From: Octopus vulgaris
Taxonomy: Eukaryota
Direction: 5' to 3'
Length of the DNA: 64,000 bases
Assembly: GCA_951406725.2 (NCBI GenBank)
Contig: OX597825.1
Location: 45,446,001 to 45,510,000 of the forward strand
This document shows positions 12,196 to 23,645 of the stretch, one piece after another. A program made the position numbers and the translations under genes. Below the pieces are notes generated by a model, which worked only from the letters and a program-made list of their open reading frames with translations, was not told where the DNA came from and ran no database searches. The first letter of the stretch is position 1. Every line of letters starts with the position of its first letter.

Positions 12196-14219
12196 CTAGC
12201 AGGCGTACCCGGTGTTGCTTGGGTGCGTTAGTTCGAAAAGTCTATGAAAATAATAAAGTGATTAACACTCCCTCCCTTAAGCACCTTTCACGCTTTATGG
12301 CAAGACTAACACCTAAGTAACTCTGTAAGGGAACTGCACGTGTAATATTACAACAAGAATCAAGTGAAAAATAAAGCAACAAAAATTATAACAGCAATAA
12401 CGTAGGACTGAAATATGGCGCCTGTACGGGCTTATAAACAACATTTTTAGTTTTCCCCTGGGAGATGAAGGCATGTAAACTGTTCTTACAACTCACTCTA
12501 GAGTAGCCAGCGTACAGTTGACCGTGTGAAAAGTATGGTTCGGCTAAGTAAAGTCCAACGACAGACAGCGACTGCCCTTGGGACTTATTAATGGACATGA
12601 CATAACTGAGTCTAATTGGAAACTGCTCTCTGCGGAATGTGAATGATAAGTCAGCAGCCAAAGGCACAAGGGAAATTCGCAGTATGAAGATGTCTTGACC
12701 TTTATCACAGACGGTCATAATCATTGCTTCAATGACATTGGGAAATAATTTTATGATAACAAGGCGTGTACCGTTGCACAACCTCGATGGATTTAAATTC
12801 CTTATCAACATAACAGGGCTACCTACTTTAAGAGTAAGAATATGTGGAGGTACACCTGAAGGCTCCAAGGAATTCAAAAATTCAGTGGGATAATCAACTA
12901 CCTCGTCCTGATTGTGAATGGTGTCTAGTGACTGTCACGTCCCCAGGCAAACGCAGTAAGAGGCTGTTGTTGATTGCCCTGACCACAATGTTTTAGGAGC
13001 CAAAATGGCTCTTTGGCAAAGCTAATCTAAATCTCCATTGTGGACTTCTAGGCCTGTGAAGACCTGGTGTTGAAGACTCTGGATAGTATTGGCTATTGTG
13101 CAAACGTTACTTATGTCAACATCTTCATTTTCGTCTTCTGGAACTTCACCATTACCAAAAAGGAGAATGTCCCTTGCAAAATTTTCTGACAATGGGTCCT
13201 CATGGAGGCACGCTCTCATATTGGATTCTAACTTTAAAGTAACAAAATGACCCCATACAGGTGAAGACACGCTATTACTTCATCCGCCCTTGTGCCTTTT
13301 GGAATCACTGGCAAGTTTTGTCAAAAGTCCCCAGATAGCAAGACAGTAACACTCCCACCATTGGTTCGTGGCTTTCCTTTATGTCTCACAAAGTTCTATC
13401 TAATGCCTCAAGGGCACCCTTGTGAACCATTGTGCATTCATCCCAAATGATAGGGCGGCATTGTGCAAGCAATTGCCCGTTGTCCAACGTCTTTGAAATG
13501 TTGTAAACAGGCGTTGGTGAACTTGCAAGGTTAAGGGGAAGCTTAAACGTAGAGTGTGCAGTCCTACCACCAGGGAGCAGAGTAGCAGCTATGCCTGAAG
13601 TTGCCGCAGCTATTGCAATGCACTTTTGTCGCCTTACTTTTGCAAGGATGAGTCTAGTTATGAATGCTTTGCCTGTCCCACCTTTACGACCCTGGACTTG
13701 CTGAACGATAGTGTCGTAGGCGTCCTTCTGGTCAGGTAGCAGGAGTGTCTCATTGATCTGTACATATGCAGATAGTTCAGTAATGTCTTAAGATGTTTCC
13801 CGAACAATTTCAGAAGGGAGATCATTTGAGGTAGGCTTTGCAGTGGGGGGGGGGGAGCCCGTAAGTGGTCATTATGTCATCGCCTAAAGCTAAAGTCTTG
13901 TTTTCAATCTCAATCAGCGCTAGGTTAGGGTTAAGGTTAGGATTAGGGATAGGGTTAGGGTAACTCAATTTCATTTTTACCAAATAATTTACGAAGGAGG
14001 AAATGGGTTATTTCCCTTGGAAGCTTTAAAATAATTACGCCCGCCGTTCAATCGCACCCAAATGCTTACCCAAACATTTTTCGAAATTGATTTATACTTA
14101 AAACCTCCCCAGACACATACGCAATGTGTTTGTGAAGTTTTAAAAAAATCTGTCGAGCCATTTTGGTGCAAAATGAGGACATACCGATACACACACACGC
14201 ACATTTTCAGTTTTAATAC

Positions 14220-14225
<6 letters not shown>
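12196..14225 (-). mobile_element. Internally deleted, decayed Helitron (PIF1-like helicase part only)
   Basis: 3' CTAG at 12196-12199 with a subterminal hairpin. Helicase motifs GGTGKA, LKVGSPVMLIRNL, REQFPIRLSY.MSINKSQGQSL and SHGQLY. Helitron-like 5' segment at ~13960-14225 (5' end approximate). Confidence 0.85.
13921..13961 (+). repeat. Degenerate (TTAGGG)n-like run inside the Helitron
   Basis: taggttagggttaaggttaggattagggatagggttaggg. Confidence 0.7.
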
Positions 14226-14265
<40 letters not shown>

Positions 14266-14742
14266 TATATATATCATCATCATCGAGAACGGACGTTAAA
14301 CGATGATGATGATATATATATCTGTATATATAGATATATATGTAAAATTAATATGTGACAATTATTCGGTAGTCATGATAAAACTCCGAGTTCCGGATGT
14401 TGGGGCGGAAACCCATGCCCCCATTTCTTCAGTTATCTGGCCATCGACAAAATGCTATGAAAATGACTGTTAAACAAAAGGAAATTATTGTGTGATTGAC
14501 CGTTATTAAGACAAAAGAGCTATTGGAATGACCACTAAGTAAGGGAAGGGAGTAAAAATGTTCATAGTATTCGTGTAAGCGTTCATGTCCATACCTACAC
14601 ATGTGTGCTCACACACCCATATACAGGCGCCTATAAGTATATACTCATTCACCCTCACTTGAAACACACACATGATCACCCACACATTCACCAAAAATAT
14701 ATACATACCCGCATACACGCTCGCACACACATACGCGTGCAC

Positions 14743-15070
14743 AAAAAAGGTTCATACACAGGTCTATATACGCCCATGCACAAGAAAAATCAGGGATAAA
14801 GGCAAAATACAGAAAACAGTGTAAAGAAGTATAAAAAAATAAGCAATAAGAGTAAAACATCTATATACGCACATTCCCGTATGCACGCACACACATGTCT
14901 ACATATGCGCATACCCGTATATATATATGAACACACACGAAAAAGGTTCATACATACGTCTATATATGCACATGCACAAGAAAAAACAGGGCTAAAGGCA
15001 ACATACAGAAAAAAGTGTAAAGAAGTATAATAAAATAAGCAATAAGAGTAAAACACGTCTATATACGCAC
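14743..15070 (+). repeat. Diverged tandem duplication, unit ~195 bp
   Basis: AAAAAGGTTCATAC...GTGTAAAGAAGTATAA...AGCAATAAGAGTAAAACA occurs at ~14743 and ~14940. Confidence 0.75.
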
Positions 15071-15228
15071 ATACTCACATGCACACTCTATATACGCACA
15101 TACCCCCACAAAAGATTCCATATATACGTCTATACATGCACATAAATGTAGGGTGGAAGATGCAGAGGCGGTTCTAAATGATACTATGATTGAAGTGGAG
15201 TTAGAAACTAACAGACATGAACATAACA

Positions 15229-15338
15229 TCTATATATATAAAAGGCAGTTTGTCTGTCTGTGTGTCTGTCAGGTTGTACCCTCACCCTGACCGCGGCTTT
15301 CAACCGATTCTGATGAAACTTGACACACACATAGCCCA
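15229..15338 (+). mobile_element. 5' end fragment of the same Helitron family as 41587
   Basis: TCTATATATA...GGCAGTTTGTCTG...CAACCGATTCTGATGAAACTTGACACACACATAGCCCA, as at 41587-41705. It is interrupted by the HHR element at 15339. Confidence 0.8.
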
Positions 15339-15888
15339 CCATCTCAATATGGCTAACCACAAAGGGTGGGTGTTACTGTAGCTTTTAGCCCCAGGAGATC
15401 ATCGTCTCCAGCTGGCTTTAGGCACACTATCTGTGCCCTTATGGTATTTGCAAAGGGAGGTCGTCCCTTTCTTGTAAGCCTAAGTGATACGCACGGACCG
15501 CAGTTTCGAGGTAGTTGCCTCTTGTCAACGGGCGGTAATCACCGGTTTACGATGAAAAGGAAGACCTTGTATGCAAATACTCAAGTGTTTTTCTTGTAAC
15601 TTCCGTCACTGATTTCGAAAAACTGTCTGCAAACAATAATAAATCTCTGAACGAGATGTAAACAGTAACCGCTCGACTATGTAAAGTATAATAGCCATCT
15701 CAATATGGCTAACCACAAAGGGTGGGTGTTACTGTAGCTTTTAGCCCCAGGAGATCATTGTCTCCAGAAAGGGATGACCTCCCTTTGCAAATACCATAAG
15801 GGCACAGATAGTGTGCCTAAAGCCAGCTGGAGACGATGATCTCCTGGGGCTAAAAGCTACAGTAACACCCACCCTTTGTGGTTAGCCA
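15339..15888 (-). mobile_element. Non-coding retrozyme/Penelope-like element A1 (356 bp monomer + direct repeat + inverted segment)
   Basis: 15339-15411 is repeated at 15695-15767; 15766-15888 is the reverse complement of 15350-15472; HHR at 15490-15534. Confidence 0.75.
15490..15534 (-). ncRNA. Minimal type I hammerhead ribozyme, U3-A8 variant
   Basis: Minus strand: CGCCCG-TTGACAA-GAGG-CAACTA-CCTC-GAAA-CTGCGG-TC-CGTGCG. GUC cleavage triplet; stem III region ACUGCGGU is self-complementary with G-U pairs. Confidence 0.75.
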
Positions 15889-17389
15889 ATGTGTAGCTTT
15901 ACAAATTTATTTTGTAATTTTGGTTTGCAATTATTTATAGTTAAATGTTTCCTTTCAAAGTTTTTACTTTCAAACAATTTATTCATGCACATTTTGGACC
16001 TAACAACCTGTATGAGAAAATCGTTTTGACTGAAAGAATTTTGAAAGGGTTTTATTTTTAGACTGGGGTCAAACGGTCTTCAACCATATTTTAAATCTTT
16101 AGCAACACCAATTACAAAGAACTTGGGAGTGGTACTGAAAGACGGAGAGAAGTATTTGACAGACAGAAAGAGAGAGTTACACATTTTAACTGGGTGGGAG
16201 CTGTCTTCAATAATTCAAGTAATGCTATATATTCAAAATTAACCATGCATGCTGGTTTTGTTGTTGTTACTGTTGTTATTGTCACTTACTTTTTTTTGTA
16301 TTTTGACACTACTTTCCTTCAAAAGTTAGTGGTCATAAACTCCCTAGGGAATTTTATGTCAGCTTCATCACTTTTATTTATTATTATTTTTTTCCTTTGT
16401 TTTGAGACGAGATCGAACTTAAGAATTTTATACCGATAAATTTTAGACGCTTTTTTCTGAAACTGGTAAGATTATGCAGGAGGTGCAAATTTTGATCTTC
16501 CACCCACTGAGAATTCTAGGGGGTGCAGGTGCACCCACTGTACCCCCTGTTCCCGGACCCTTGAAAACAGGCCTAACGGATGTGTTTAAATGAATTAGCC
16601 AATTGGAAATAGATCAAGAATTTACGTGACCGCTCCCTAAACCCTAATATATTTTAAATATTTAATATGCATAGGTTAAATAGCCAATAATTTAAATGAC
16701 TGCTTCCTAACCCCCAATATAATTTTAAATATCTTTATATATTTAATATGCATACTTTAACGCAAACCTTGGACTAAATTAAACTTGGACATGGAGTTAC
16801 TACTATGTTTTTTAAAATTAAATTTATTTGATTATGTGGATGTATTAATTTTAATATCCAATAACAAGAATGTAAACATTGTGAAATCTAATATGCATAG
16901 AACGGGAACTTATATTTTGTGGAACTAACCTTGCCTGGACTTGTAATTCGGACTGAATGTTTTGGATGCTAGAATTTAACTTGTTCGTGTTAAGTAGATG
17001 CGTTAAGTATTATTTAGATTATGTTTGTATAATATATTCATACGCAAATATCTTGTTTGTGTATGTGTATATATATATATGTGTATGTGTGAATATTTAT
17101 ACTTTGTACCTTGTTTCATGAATTTTTGTTATGTTGTTTAGTATTATCGTTAAAACAACAATACTGTTGGTATTGTTAAAAGTGGTAGTATATTACGTTA
17201 GAATGCATTTACTGGACTGAAGCATGATAATCCAATGTAATGTGATATATTGTTCAATGTTGTTATTTATGTATTTTGCACATGTGATTACTATGTACGA
17301 TTTGCCTATGTATGTATATTTGTATATTTTATATGTATATATGTGTTTATGTATATATATATATATATAAAACATTACGTTATATAGTT

Positions 17390-17981
17390 AGGGTTCAGTA
17401 AAATAATTTACTTTACCACACACCAAACTTTTAGAAATAGCAGCCAAATAATTTTAGCTATTTCCTCTACTATTGTCTCCCAGCCAATGTATACTCAAAA
17501 ATAATTCACGCAGGTATAGAGGGAAAAATAACGAAAGATCACACGTACATCGATTACTTGATATATATATATATATATATATGTATTTTGAATATTTGTC
17601 TTATTATTTATTTTCTTGTTGTTATTGGATAGTAAGTGAAGCATGTTTTTTATATATTAATATTATTATTGTACTTTTCTTGTTATGTATATCCTCTGAC
17701 GAGGCCTTTGGTTATTTAAACATACAAATATAATTTTTAATGCCTAGGACTATATTACAATGGCATCTATAGGCAATTTAAGTTGAATTGACTTTTGACC
17801 ATAGGTTGAAACAGCTGTAAGGAGCAGTTTATTTGTATTATTTTAATTTTTATTATTATATTACATATTGATGTTTATTGTTTTGTTCGATTTTGATGTT
17901 CCCATTTGTATAATTAATAAATAATGTGAAATTGTAATATCCGTAAGTTGATGATCGAAATGAATTTTCTTATTTGTATTA
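17390..17981 (+). mobile_element. Non-coding hammerhead-bearing repeat, family B, copy 2
   Basis: Homologous to 2001-2335 (reverse). The 5' part (AGGGTT...TAGAAATAGCAGCCAAA) resembles the arms at 47750-47894; the 5' boundary is uncertain. Confidence 0.55.
17692..17823 (+). ncRNA. Type I hammerhead ribozyme motif with expanded stem II
   Basis: TCCT-CTGACGA-GGCCTTTGGT-(85 nt)-ACCATAGGTT-GAAA-CAGCTG-TA-AGGA. Stem I TCCT/AGGA is perfect; GUA triplet. Confidence 0.65.
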
Positions 17982-17994
17982 TGAATTTACGGTA

Positions 17995-18985
17995 AAAGCA
18001 TTTTTTGGCTTTATTGAGAAAATTCTATAGTTTGTAAGATATTTGTTGTTGTTTTTCTGCAATTTCAATCAATCAGTGACGTCTATTGAGTTAAAAAGCA
18101 TTCTGTGCCGTATGAATCTGTCCCTCGTTTAAGAAACAGATTGGGTTTATTTACATTTGTAAAGAAAAAAAGATACCCTTCCCCCACCCCTAACCCAAAC
18201 TAACCCTAAAACAGATTGAAATGCAATAGATCGATACTAGGGTTATAATTATGGGTGACAATTTCATATGACACCACTAGAAAAAGCAGCCGTTTTTTCT
18301 TCACAAATGTAAATAAACCCAATCTGTTTCTTAAACGAGGGACATATTTAAGCAATCTTTCGTCTCTAGTAGACCTTTCCGTCGATTTCCGTAAAAATTT
18401 TTTTGTTTTTTACATATGGGCTTGCGGGAACTTTTGAAGTAATGAGAGCGAAAGAGACTAAGAGAAAGCGATTGTATGACGAGGGAAATTCTTTTGAAGT
18501 TACCGTGCATGGGAGCATTGATGTACATGTGTGTGTGTGTGTGTGTGTGTGTTTGATGGGGTGTGGGAGACAGACAGTATGTTGTGTAAGTGAAGTGCTT
18601 CTGTTAGTGTGTGTGAAGAGACAGAGTAATGTGTGAAAGAAAGAGTTATGTATATGTATGTATATTACTTCAAAAGTTCCCGCAAGCCCATATGTAAAAA
18701 AAAAATTTTTTAACGGAAATCGACGGAAAGGTCTACTAGAGACGAAAGATCGCCCATATTTATACGGCCCAGAATGTTTTCACCTCAACAGACGGTCATT
18801 GATTGGTTGAAATTGCCGAAATGCAAGAAATTAAAGACCAAATATCTTACAAACTATAGAATTTTCTCAATAAAGCCAAGAGAAAAAGATGTTTTATAAA
18901 CACATTCTACCAGTATACGAAGTTTAAAATTATTTAGTTACCTAGAAATTTATGTTAAAAACTGCCGTTCAAACCGAAAAGATCC
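17995..18985. mobile_element. Foldback/MITE-type non-autonomous DNA transposon, left end truncated
   Basis: ~17995-18160 is inverted relative to 18303-18350 plus 18755-18885. The right terminus ...GAAAAGATCC is shared with 20316 and 21239. Confidence 0.7.
18351..18754. mobile_element. MITE with ~90 bp TIRs and 8 bp TSD, nested in the previous element
   Basis: TIRs 18351-18442 and ~18664-18754 (GGCGATCTTTCGTCTCTAGTAGACC...); TSD CATATTTA at 18343-18350 and 18755-18762. Confidence 0.85.
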
Positions 18986-19303
18986 AGGATTTGTATTTTA
19001 ATGTGGTTTTGCATTATTCATATATCATGTACATACGTGTTATAAAGTATATTTATTATCCGATATCATCGGAATCTACACCATATGAAACGAATTTGTT
19101 GATATTTTCATTTAAAAAATCCATTTTTATGAAAGATATGAGGAAATAAAATCATTGGAGGAGTGAGGCTGGCCACTTGAGTAGGTTTGACATAAGTCCC
19201 AAATCAAACATTGAAATCGATTTACAAACTCTTTCTTTATAAGCTGATTGCCTTGACATTAATACACATAAATGTATGACGTATTACACATAATTATTTC
19301 AAT

Positions 19304-19370
19304 ATGGCTATTCTTCCCTGTGCAGTGTTTTCATCTCCTGATATTTCGGATTCTATAGATCTTATCAGGC
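19304..19370 (+). CDS. AAGAB: Alpha- and gamma-adaptin-binding protein p34, coding exon 1
   Basis: ATG...MAILPCAVFSSPDISDSIDLIR+C followed by the donor GTAAGT. Resembles the vertebrate N-terminus MAAGVPCALVTS; the phase-1 intron joins exon 2 in frame (C+AA = Gln). Confidence 0.8.
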
Positions 19371-20315
19371 GTAAGTAATAACTGATTAAGATCGTAAAAT
19401 ATATTAAGTACGGATAAATTTCTGTAATAAGTCATTATTTACTGTCGCTTTGTTTGCACGCTATTTTTTCTTAAATAATTATGATAGCATATTTAGACGT
19501 GTTTACTTATAATGTACGTATACGTACCATGTGTACATACGAAAGTATACGTTGAAGAGTTGCGGTGTATGTTTGCCTCTAGATTGAAATGTATCTGTCA
19601 AATTTGATGGCAAAACATTTCACTGAAGACAATGTTTTACTTATTAATTATTTGGTGCGGAAAAAGGGTGGCGATGGAAGGTGCAGTATATCTTTTCGAC
19701 AGGCATTTTCGCTGCGAGATTGTATTTTTAATTTCCTGTTAAAGAGTGAACATGTATTTATCTTTGAAATGATCTTAACGTAATGCCTATTCTTTGACAA
19801 GCATAACTACAGATTTCTGGGTAAATTTTCATTTACCGATTTCTGCCACCTCCCCCGACTTTGGATGATCGTAACTTTCAGAAAATGGATATTTTTAAAT
19901 AAAATTTTCTACGAATATGTATTATATCATTTAAATTCCGAATATACAAAATTTTAGGATTTGTGGGGGAAGCGTTTTAGGAGGGAATAGGGTGGGGAAT
20001 TTCAGAAAATTTACCGGAGTCCACTTCGTCTTAACTTTCAAGTAAATAGATATTTTTAAATGAAATCCTCCACAAATATACCTCGGACTATCTAGATTCC
20101 GAGGATATAGGAATTTGGGGGTGGGGAATAACTGGAGGTTATTTCTGAGAACTGTTCCCCACTTAGGGGTGTTTCGGAACAAATTCATATTTGTTTCATT
20201 TTGTGCGTTTGTGCATCCATAGATTTCCACTGAAGCAACTAACAGGCAATGAAGCCCTCACCAGAAAACTCGTTACGCTAAAAATAACAGCTAAAGTTCT
20301 GGTACACAGAAAGAT

Positions 20316-20487
20316 GGATCTTTTCTGTTTGATGGACGGAATTTTCTAGTTAACTAAAAAATTTGAAACTTTGTATACTGGTAGAATGTGTCAAACCCCA
20401 ATGCTTATTTTTTTAAACTCTGGTACTTATTCTGTTGAACTTTTTTGCTGAACTGCTAAAATTCCGTCCATCAAACAGAAAAGATCC
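20316..20487. mobile_element. Short MITE-like unit with GGATCTTTTCTGTTTGATGGACGGAATTT termini carrying captured SINE sequence
   Basis: TIRs at 20316 and 20459-20487; 20316-20457 is the reverse complement of 21098-21239. Confidence 0.7.
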
Positions 20488-20885
20488 AAGATATATTATC
20501 AAAGAAAAGGCCATAGCACCATCTTTAGTATCTGTTGTTATTATTATTATTATGGAGTTGAATGTGTGTGTGTGGTGAAGTTATTAATATCAATACATTA
20601 ACCAACACCATTGAAGTGAAATAATAGTTTCTATACTTTTGGTTTGGCACTGCTGAATTGAGTCAAAGACTATATAATACAAGTCAGCAGAAAAAGAAAA
20701 AAAATGCGATATCCATAACAATAACGAAATAAGACCTCCAAACCTTGTGTTTAAAATCTCCCTAACAAAAAGAAGAGAGGTTGTTTGGCTATGGACTACA
20801 TCAAAAAGTTTGCTCAAATCAAGTAAACTTATGAACCAAAGGTAGCCTAGCCATGAACATCTCAATGGTTTTCTTTCTTTTTGTC

Positions 20886-21160
20886 AGACATGGCTGTGTG
20901 GTTAAGATGGTTTCAAGTTCAGTTTCACTGCATGGCAATTTGGACAAGTGCCTTCTACTCTACCAGGCTGACCAGTGCCCAGTGAAAGAATTTGGTAGCT
21001 AGAAACTGTGCAAGTCTGTTGTATGTGTGTGTGTGTCTTTGTACCCCACCCTCACTACTTGACAACTGGCATTGGTTTGTTTACATTCCTGTAACTAAGC
21101 AGTTCAGCAAAAAAGTTCAACAGAATAAGTACCAGAGTTTAAAAAAATAAGCATTGGGGT
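20886..21160 (+). mobile_element. tRNA-derived SINE, decayed
   Basis: A-box-like TGGCTGTGTGGTTAAG and B-box-like GTTCAGTTTC, central (TG)n, 3' AGAATAAGTACCAG. Confidence 0.6.
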
Positions 21161-21324
21161 TTGACACATTCTACCAGTATACGAAGTTTCAAATTTTTTA
21201 GTTAACTAGAAAATTCCGTCCATCAAACAGAAAAGATCCTATATCTTTCTTGCTTATTTAAATTCAGTTCAATGCACACTTGCCTTGAACCAACCATTTC
21301 TCTTTGTGTTTATGTTCTTGATAA

Positions 21325-21790
21325 TTGTTTAGAACAAGTTGTTTTACACCTATTACACTTTTTATTTGTGGCCGGGTCAAACCCGGAACATTCACGATGT
21401 GAATTTTCCGAGTCCTCTCCCCACCCCCCTTTCGTAAGCGCGCATTTTTTTGTCATATTCGTTTAGAGCAAGTTGTGTTACACCTATTACACTATTTTTT
21501 TTTGTTTTTGTGCCCTCGTCAGACGCTTTCGGAAATGCGCTTTATCGAGCGCGCATTTTTTTCTCTTTTTATGTCATATTCGTTTAGAACAAGTTGTTTT
21601 ACACATATTACACGATTTTTTTTGTTTTTGTGCCCGGGTCAGACCCTCAGGCGCTTTCGGAAATTCACGATGTGAATTTTCCGAGGCCTCTCTCCCACCC
21701 ACCCCTTTCAAGAGCGCGCATTTTTTTGCCATATTCGTTTAGAGGAAGTTGTTTTACACCTATTTCACTATCTTTTTTGTTTGTTTTTAT
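21325..21790 (+). repeat. Diverged tandem array, ~120-155 bp units
   Basis: Four copies of GTTTAGA.CAAGTTGTTTTACACCTATTACAC with GCGCGCATTTTT motifs. Confidence 0.7.
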
Positions 21791-23645
21791 GACAGGGTCA
21801 ACGCTTTAGTTTGACTGAAATAATTCCCCCTTTGAACTTTTTTAATTGCATATATATATATGTGTGTGTGTGTGTGCGCGCGCACTCGTGCGCAGAAATC
21901 TACGGATGCCCAAACGCACAAAACGAAAAAAATCAAATATGGACGACTTGTTCCGAAACACCCCCGAATGGGGAACAGTTCTCAAAAATAACCCCCAATT
22001 GTTTTTTCCCCAAAATTCCTGTACCCGGAATCTCCATAATCCGAAGTATATTTGTTGAGAATTTCATTAAAAAATATCCAATTTAAGTGGACACCTGTGA
22101 ATTTTCCGAAATTTCCCACCCCATCCCCTCCTAAAGCATTTGTATATTTGGAATCTACATGATATAACACATATTCGTAGAAAATTTCATTAAAAAGTAT
22201 CCATTTTTCTGAAAGTTATGATCATCCAAAGTCGGGGGTTGGGGTCAGAAATCTGTAGTTAAGCCCCTTGACAAATGGAGTGCGTTAACCCCTACTGATT
22301 TTACTGCTGCTCCTGAATTCCTATAAGAAATACGGTTAATATATCGGGTAAGACCCGGTCACGGAAAAAAAAAAAAGTATCTTTTAAGTGTTAAAAAAAA
22401 AAAAAACGAATATGAAAGCAAAAATTTGCACAAACGAACAGGGGTGGGAGGAGAGGACTTTCGGAAAATTCACAAGATCCGATTTTTCCCTCATAACTTT
22501 CAGGAAAATGGATATATATTAATGAATAGAAATACCGTTCAAATGGCACAGATTACGATTATACCTCGGACTGGGTTTTACCCTATATATTAACCAAAAA
22601 TACTAAGGCATTCTATTTATGGAAAAAATTGATAAATATAAAATTTAATTGCAGGATTAGATATCATTTCAGCATACCTCCACTTGTGCCCCCGCCACCC
22701 GACTTCTTCGTAACTTTCAGAGAAATAGATATCTTTCGATGAAGTTTTCTACAAATATGCTTCAAATGGTATAGATTCCTATTATATCAGAATTTGGATT
22801 GAAAAAACAATTTTTCCAAGGGCGGGATGAGGAAATTAAGAAAATTTACATGAGTCGTCTTTGTTTCTTCATAACTTTCAGCAAATAGGATATTTTTTCA
22901 TGAAATTTTCTATAAATATCTTTCAGAGTGTGTAAATTATGATTACATCGTTATTTAACCTGAAAAAGAAAATTAGTGTGCACACACACATACATACTGA
23001 CACAAGTCACAATTGTTTTACGGAATTTCGAGTTTCATTTTGTAGATATCTATGATGTGTGTATGTATTTTTTCTGAAAGTTATGAGGAAAAAAAGCCGA
23101 TGCATGTGAATTTTTCGAAACTCACGAAATTTTTAGTTTTTTTTTTTTTATCACAGCAAATTCTGATATAATCGGAATCTACACTGTCTGAAGCGTATTT
23201 GTCGAACATTTCACAAAAAAAATATCCATTTTTCTGTAAGTTATGAAGAGACAAAGCCAGTGGGACACACATGTGGAGGTATCCTTAAAAATAGAAACTT
23301 AGTGTTTATTTTAGCCGACTTTGTTTATGTTATTTAACTCCATATCTGTTCTGATTGAGCAGACCTATGACCAAGGGAATTCCAATCTTTTTAGGAGTAC
23401 ATTATTTATTGCCATCCTTTAAAGCAGAAATATTTGAACATAAAAGAACCCTCATTACTGGTTTATAGAGGTTATTTGTTTCTTATAGGTATGCAGGTAA
23501 TGTGAGAGTTAAAAAAAGAGAGTTTTAAACTGCTTAAACTTGTCCAACTTGGTAGCAAAGTTTTGGTGTGTCTAGCCCTTGAAATCCCATGCCTCGCCCT
23601 TGAAATCCCATGCCTCATGAGAGTAGAAAAGAGTGGAATAATTTG

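Larger units (their letters stand above)
19806..22259. mobile_element. Foldback-like element with ~400 bp diverged inverted arms and nested inserts
   Basis: 19806-~20230 is inverted relative to ~21890-22259 (ACTACAGATTTCTG / CAGAAATCTGTAGT; CCGACTTTGGATGATC.TAACTTTCAGAAAA). Related subrepeats continue to ~23280. Confidence 0.65.

Noticed and set aside
13921-13961. True telomere or chromosome fusion site
   Set aside because: Short, degenerate, single orientation and inside a Helitron.
16480-16565. GC-rich GGGGTGCA...CACCC...GGACCCTTG segment resembling a hAT terminus
   Set aside because: No partner TIR or TSD was identified.
21325-21790. Repeat-spacer-like pattern suggesting CRISPR
   Set aside because: The spacers are homologous to each other, the context is eukaryotic and no cas genes are present; it is a tandem array inside a foldback element.
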